From Promethearchaeia archaeon (GTDB taxonomy: Archaea > Asgardarchaeota > Lokiarchaeia > Sigyniarchaeales > SOKP01), in contig JAHQWL010000078.1 in the NCBI GenBank assembly GCA_029856155.1, positions 1 through 20,564 on the forward strand: DNA of 20,564 bases, in the 5' to 3' direction. Position 1 is the first letter of the stretch. Each line of letters opens with the position of its first letter. This document shows positions 16,679 through 20,564 of this stretch, piece after piece. Position numbers and translations under genes: made by a program. Under the pieces are notes generated by a model. It made no database searches. It saw only the letters and a program-made list of their open reading frames with translations, and had not been told where the DNA came from.

Positions 16679-17869
16679 ATGAGGCTAACAGAACAGATTC
16701 AATTAAAGAAAACTCCACAATTATCTTATCTATGTTATTTATCCAAAAATCTCTATAATCTTGCTAATTATTATGTGAGACAAGAATATTTTTATTTAGG
16801 AAATTGGTTGAGATATTACGATTTATGGTATATGCTAAAAGAGAAAGAACCCTATAAAAAACTCCCTTCACAAACTGCTCAGCAAACTCTAAGACTCGTG
16901 GATAAGAATTGGAAGTCATTTTTCCATTCTTTGAGATCCAATAAAAAACATCCAGAAAAATATTTGGGAATTCCAAAACCACCAAGTTATAAAAAGAAAG
17001 ATGGAGAGTGTATAATTGGGTTCACAAATCAACAATGCAGGATTAAAGGAGGATTTCTTTATTTCCCAAAAACAACTCAATTACCTCCTATTAGGACACG
17101 TATAGAAAGTAAATTGCACCACGTAAGAATAATTCCAAAAGGAGTGTATTATGTTTTAGAAATTATATATCAAAAGGATAGAAAAAATTTAAATCTAGAT
17201 AAAAAGAGAGTTATTGGGATTGATTTGGGATTAACTAATATCATAACTATGGTAAATAATGCTGGGTTACCACCCGCTATTATTAAAGGTGGTATTGTTA
17301 AATCTATCAATCAATTCTATAATAAACAACTTTCAGGATATAAAAGCATAAAGGATAAGCAAGGAATTACTTCTCAAACGAAAAAAATGCAACAGTCAAC
17401 ACAGAGAAGAAATAATAAAATTAATGATATCTTTCATAAAATTTCGAGAGTAGTGATTAATTATTGTATTAACTATGATTTTGGAACAATAATCATTGGT
17501 TATAATAAAACTTGGAAACATAAGATAACAATAGGGAAGAAGAATAACCAGAACTTTGTCCAAATTCCTTTTTCCAAATTAGTTTCTCATATTAAATACA
17601 AATCAGAGTTAATTGGGGTTGATGTTAATTTAGAGCCAGAATCTTTCACTTCGAGATGTAGCTTCTTGGATAATGAATCTATTAGAAGGCATGACAAATA
17701 TCAGGGAAGACGTATTTGTAGGGGTTTATTTCAAAGTCATAAAGGGACTATTATCAATGCGGATGTGAATGGAGCATATAATATCCTTAAAAAAGCAATC
17801 CCAAAAGTCATATCGGCGGATGGGATAGAGGGTGTAGGGTTACATCCATATTCTATAAAAATTTCATAG
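16679..17869 (+). CDS. tnpB: TnpB-family RNA-guided endonuclease with rearranged RuvC-II
   Basis: N-terminal SKNLYNLANY, LPSQTAQQ, WKSFF, PKPPSYK. RuvC-I GID(182)LG. RuvC-II position IIIG(274)YN with alternative E321 in PESFTSRC. RuvC-III NAD(362)VNGAYNI. Confidence 0.94.
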   Translation: MRLTEQIQLKKTPQLSYLCYLSKNLYNLANYYVRQEYFYLGNWLRYYDLWYMLKEKEPYKKLPSQTAQQTLRLVDKNWKSFFHSLRSNKKHPEKYLGIPKPPSYKKKDGECIIGFTNQQCRIKGGFLYFPKTTQLPPIRTRIESKLHHVRIIPKGVYYVLEIIYQKDRKNLNLDKKRVIGIDLGLTNIITMVNNAGLPPAIIKGGIVKSINQFYNKQLSGYKSIKDKQGITSQTKKMQQSTQRRNNKINDIFHKISRVVINYCINYDFGTIIIGYNKTWKHKITIGKKNNQNFVQIPFSKLVSHIKYKSELIGVDVNLEPESFTSRCSFLDNESIRRHDKYQGRRICRGLFQSHKGTIINADVNGAYNILKKAIPKVISADGIEGVGLHPYSIKIS

Positions 17870-17925
17870 CTGAAATAAATTATAGAATAGAATTTTAATT
17901 TCATCAAGGGAAATTTAAAATAACC
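17810..17925 (+). ncRNA. Putative omega RNA (3' part of scaffold plus guide) overlapping the tnpB 3' end; boundaries approximate
   Basis: GC-enriched patch with hairpin GGGTGTA-GGGT-TACATCC (17830-17847, one G-U pair). A long hairpin at 17849-17889 (TATTCTATAA/TTATAGAATA plus ATTTCA/TGAAAT) spans the stop codon. TnpB omega RNAs are known to be encoded at this position. Confidence 0.55.
17903..17922. repeat. Right copy of the 20-bp imperfect inverted repeat; also resembles an archaeal BRE-TATA promoter for the downstream SDR
   Basis: ATCAAGGGAAATTTAAAATA: a purine-rich stretch followed by TTTAAAATA, ending 44 nt before the ATG at 17967. Confidence 0.65.
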
Positions 17926-17966
17926 TGAACTATTAAAATATCTAAAATTTGTCTTAAGAACATTAT

Positions 17967-19100
17967 ATGACCGAAAAAGTATTAGTTACAGGTGGAGCAG
18001 GTTTTATAGGTTCCCATTTAGTTGATAAATTAATTGATCAAATAGGGTATGAAGTATCTATTATTGATACCTTAGAACCACAAGTTCATGGAAATACGGA
18101 TCATCCTCCAGATTATCTTAATAAAAATGCGAAATTTTATAGAGGTTCTGTGACTGATTATAAAAAATTAGAAGATTTAGTAGGAGAGAGTGATGTAGTC
18201 TTTCATTTAGCAGCGATGGTGGGAGTAGGACAATCAATGTATAAAATAAAAAAATATATAGATAATAATATACTTGGTTTGGCTATTTTGTTCGATATTT
18301 TAGTTAACAGTAATCACAATGTAAAAAAAGTCGTTTTAGCCTCATCTAACACGGTTTATGGAGAAGGCAAATCTCATTGTGATACTTGTGGGTTAGTTTT
18401 TCCAGAATTGAGACCATCAGATCAATTGAAACGTAAAGATTGGGAAATTAATTGCCCTAAATGTGGATCTAAAGTTAAACCTCTCTTAACTGATGAAAAA
18501 TCACCATGTAATCCTAGTTCTATTTATGCCTACTCAAAACTAGCTCAAGAAAAAATAGGTTTAATGATTGCGAATACTTATGGAATAAAAATGGCTATTT
18601 TAAGGTTTTTTTTAGTGTATGGCACTAGACAAGCTCTTTCAAATCCATACACAGGAGTATGTTCAATCTTTAGTACTAGAGCCCTCTATGGAAAACCTCC
18701 AATAATATTTGAAGATGGGAAGCAATCACGAGATTTTATGGATGTAAAAGACGTCTGTCAAGCTTTAGTTCTTGCAATGGAAAAAAATGCTGCTAATGGT
18801 GAAATTTTCAATGTCGGTACTGGTCTACCGATAACAATAGCGGAAGTAGCAGAAATTATTACTCAAAAAATTAACCCTAATTTAAAACCTACTTATGATC
18901 AACATTATAGAATTGGTGATATAAGGCATTGTGTTGCTGATATTTCCAAAATAAAAAATAAACTAGGATATTCACCAACATTAAGTTTTGAAGAAGGGAT
19001 AGATGATTTAATAAATTGGATAAAGACTCAAAAAAAAGATATAAAAGAACCTTCACATAAAGCTATGCAAGAATTAAAAGAAAAAGGATTATTAAAATAA
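17967..19100 (+). CDS. SDR NDP-sugar epimerase with Cys-rich insertion (WbiB / dTDP-L-rhamnose 4-epimerase-like)
   Basis: VTGGAGFIGSH, LEPQVHG, HLAAMVGVGQSMY, SSNTVYGEG, CDTC...CPKC insertion, YAYSK, QALSNPYTGV, FEDGKQSRDF, GDIRHC. Confidence 0.85.
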   Translation: MTEKVLVTGGAGFIGSHLVDKLIDQIGYEVSIIDTLEPQVHGNTDHPPDYLNKNAKFYRGSVTDYKKLEDLVGESDVVFHLAAMVGVGQSMYKIKKYIDNNILGLAILFDILVNSNHNVKKVVLASSNTVYGEGKSHCDTCGLVFPELRPSDQLKRKDWEINCPKCGSKVKPLLTDEKSPCNPSSIYAYSKLAQEKIGLMIANTYGIKMAILRFFLVYGTRQALSNPYTGVCSIFSTRALYGKPPIIFEDGKQSRDFMDVKDVCQALVLAMEKNAANGEIFNVGTGLPITIAEVAEIITQKINPNLKPTYDQHYRIGDIRHCVADISKIKNKLGYSPTLSFEEGIDDLINWIKTQKKDIKEPSHKAMQELKEKGLLK

Positions 19101-19133
19101 ATCAATATCTAATTTATTAATTTGTGGTTTAAA

Positions 19134-20177
19134 ATGGAAAAAATACTGATTTCTGGAGCTAATGGTTTTTTAGGATCACATTTAACTGATTTTTGTATTA
19201 ATCAAGGCAAAATCGTTTATGGAATTGATCTTCCTAATCGCCCTCTACAAAACCTATCTCATTATACTAAAGGACAAGTTCAATTTTCTTCAGAAGAAAA
19301 ATTAAAAGTATTTGGCACATCCATTCAAATTCCAACCTCAAATAAATCATTCGTTTTTCTTGAATGTGATTTGAATAATGCTAACTTATTAGAAAAAATA
19401 ATCCTAGAATCTAATCCAAATTATATTTTCCATTTTGGTGCTCAACCATTAGTTATACCTTCGTGGGAAGACCCCGTAGGCACTATAAAAACTAATGTTA
19501 TAGGAACTATAAATATTTTTGAGGTAATCAAAAAACATAAATTAAAAACGAGAGTTATGATTGCTTGTACAAGTGCTGAATATGGGACTACTACATCAGT
19601 TAATAGACTATTAAAAGAATCTGACCCTTTATTAGCAATTCATCCTTATGGAATTAGTAAAATAGCCACAGAACTTCTTGCTCGACAATACTACATTAAT
19701 TTTGGAATTGAAACTATAAATCTCAGGTTTTTTAATCAAACAGGTCCCAGAAAAAAAGGGGATGCATGTGCAGATTTCATTAGTAAAATTGCCAAAATCG
19801 AATTAGGATTATCAGAACCTGTAATTGAGGTGGGAAATCTAAATCCATATCGTGATTTTACAGGGATAAAGGATTCGCTTAAAGCAATTTGGATGGCAGC
19901 AACAAAGGGAACACCTGGAGAAACATATAATGTCTGTTCAAGCAGAAAGATTCAAATTCGACAAATTTTAAATATTGCTCTAAGTTTTTCATCAAAAGAA
20001 ATTGAAATAAAAGAAAATATTCCTCATAAATTAAGAAAAACAGACGAGGAGTGTATCCTTGGAGATAATTCTAAAATTAAAAAAGAGTTAGGATGGAATA
20101 TTACGGTCCCTATTGAAGAAACTTTGAAAGATATGTTTGATTATTGGATTGATTATTATAAAAAATATGGAGTTTAA
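19134..20177 (+). CDS. GMD/Rmd-like SDR (probable GDP-4-keto-6-deoxy-sugar reductase or heptose-modifying enzyme)
   Basis: ISGANGFLGSH, FHFGAQPLVIPSWEDP, TSAEYG, HPYGISK, RFFNQTGPR, VGNLNPYRDF, GETYNVCS. ATG at 19134 is preferred to TTG at 19122. Confidence 0.82.
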   Translation: MEKILISGANGFLGSHLTDFCINQGKIVYGIDLPNRPLQNLSHYTKGQVQFSSEEKLKVFGTSIQIPTSNKSFVFLECDLNNANLLEKIILESNPNYIFHFGAQPLVIPSWEDPVGTIKTNVIGTINIFEVIKKHKLKTRVMIACTSAEYGTTTSVNRLLKESDPLLAIHPYGISKIATELLARQYYINFGIETINLRFFNQTGPRKKGDACADFISKIAKIELGLSEPVIEVGNLNPYRDFTGIKDSLKAIWMAATKGTPGETYNVCSSRKIQIRQILNIALSFSSKEIEIKENIPHKLRKTDEECILGDNSKIKKELGWNITVPIEETLKDMFDYWIDYYKKYGV

Positions 20178-20181
20178 GGAA

Positions 20182-20562
20182 TTATTTCTTCTCAAAACTA
20201 AATGTAACCGAATTAATAGCATCCTCACTTAAGCTAGATTTACAGTGTGGACATTCTAATTCTGCTTTCTTCTTTAATTTTGAGATTATATTATCCTTTA
20301 ATACAGCCGAGCATTCTCTGTTAGGACATATATTTAATTTTCCAAAAATTTTACCTTTTTCTTCTGTCAAGTCTTCAGAAATGATTTCAAGACTTTCTAC
20401 GTTAATTTTGTCTTTGATAGTTTCCTGATGCTTGTCTAGAAAATCTTTCAAATAAGCTAAATTCGCTCCAATCTTCAAAGATATTTTTTCTTCAACTTTA
20501 TATCCGTTCTTTTTGCGAATAAATTGAATATTTCTTATTAAATCATTAACTACTCGTTCGGC
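20182..20562 (-). CDS. ileS: C-terminal end of probable isoleucyl-tRNA synthetase (5' part outside window)
   Basis: Frame is open to the window edge. AERVVNDLIRNIQFIRKKNGYKVEEKISL matches the 'EG.ARE.V..IQ..RK..G..V.D.I.L' C-terminal segment of type-2 IleRS. Confidence 0.72.
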   Translation of the reverse strand, partial: AERVVNDLIRNIQFIRKKNGYKVEEKISLKIGANLAYLKDFLDKHQETIKDKINVESLEIISEDLTEEKGKIFGKLNICPNRECSAVLKDNIISKLKKKAELECPHCKSSLSEDAINSVTFSFEKK

Positions 20563-20564
20563 TA

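Larger units (their letters stand above)
16581..17922 (+). mobile_element. Non-autonomous tnpB-only element (IS1341-like / IS200-IS605 superfamily); ends uncertain
   Basis: tnpB without tnpA, lying between two divergent sugar operons. Boundaries are taken from the inverted repeat. An alternative right end is the TCAA at 17904-17907. Confidence 0.5.

Noticed and set aside
16764-16985. 73-aa ORF antisense to tnpB as a possible TnpA remnant
   Set aside because: No HUH/Y1 or serine-recombinase motif, and it lies entirely within tnpB.
16679-17869. Calling the TnpB nuclease-dead (TldR) or a Cas12
   Set aside because: Both catalytic Asp residues and an alternative Glu are present, and no CRISPR array or cas genes were seen.
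1-20564. tRNA, rRNA or CRISPR arrays
   Set aside because: Intergenic spaces are short and AT-rich, with no cloverleaf or repeat-spacer pattern seen.

Overview
AT-rich, densely coding window. It is probably archaeal, and the composition and gene style suggest an Asgard/Lokiarchaeia-like genome (inference only). Most of it is a precursor-supply island for surface glycans. (1) A + strand nucleotide-sugar block: GME/Fcl-like SDR, gmd, a putative sugar O-methyltransferase, and rfbF-rfbG-RmlC-like epimerase-SDR reductase. (2) A + strand sulfate-activation module: RHH protein with an 'EEEEKVKQRLRDLGYID' tail, sat, a cytoplasmic alkaline-phosphatase/NPP-superfamily protein, and cysC. (3) A - strand operon interleaving heptose biosynthesis (hddA, gmhA, gmhB, a catalytically degenerate RfaE/HldE kinase homologue) with non-oxidative pentose phosphate genes (rpe, tal, split transketolase). 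(4) A stand-alone TnpB with a rearranged, Fanzor-like RuvC site, 3' omega-RNA-like hairpins and an 18/20 inverted repeat bracketing it. (5) Two more SDRs and the 3' end of a probable IleRS. The best candidates for undescribed biology are the RHH(LGY)-Sat-AlkP-CysC module, the TnpB with its inverted repeat or self-matching guide, and the heptose/NOPPP operon with a pseudokinase.
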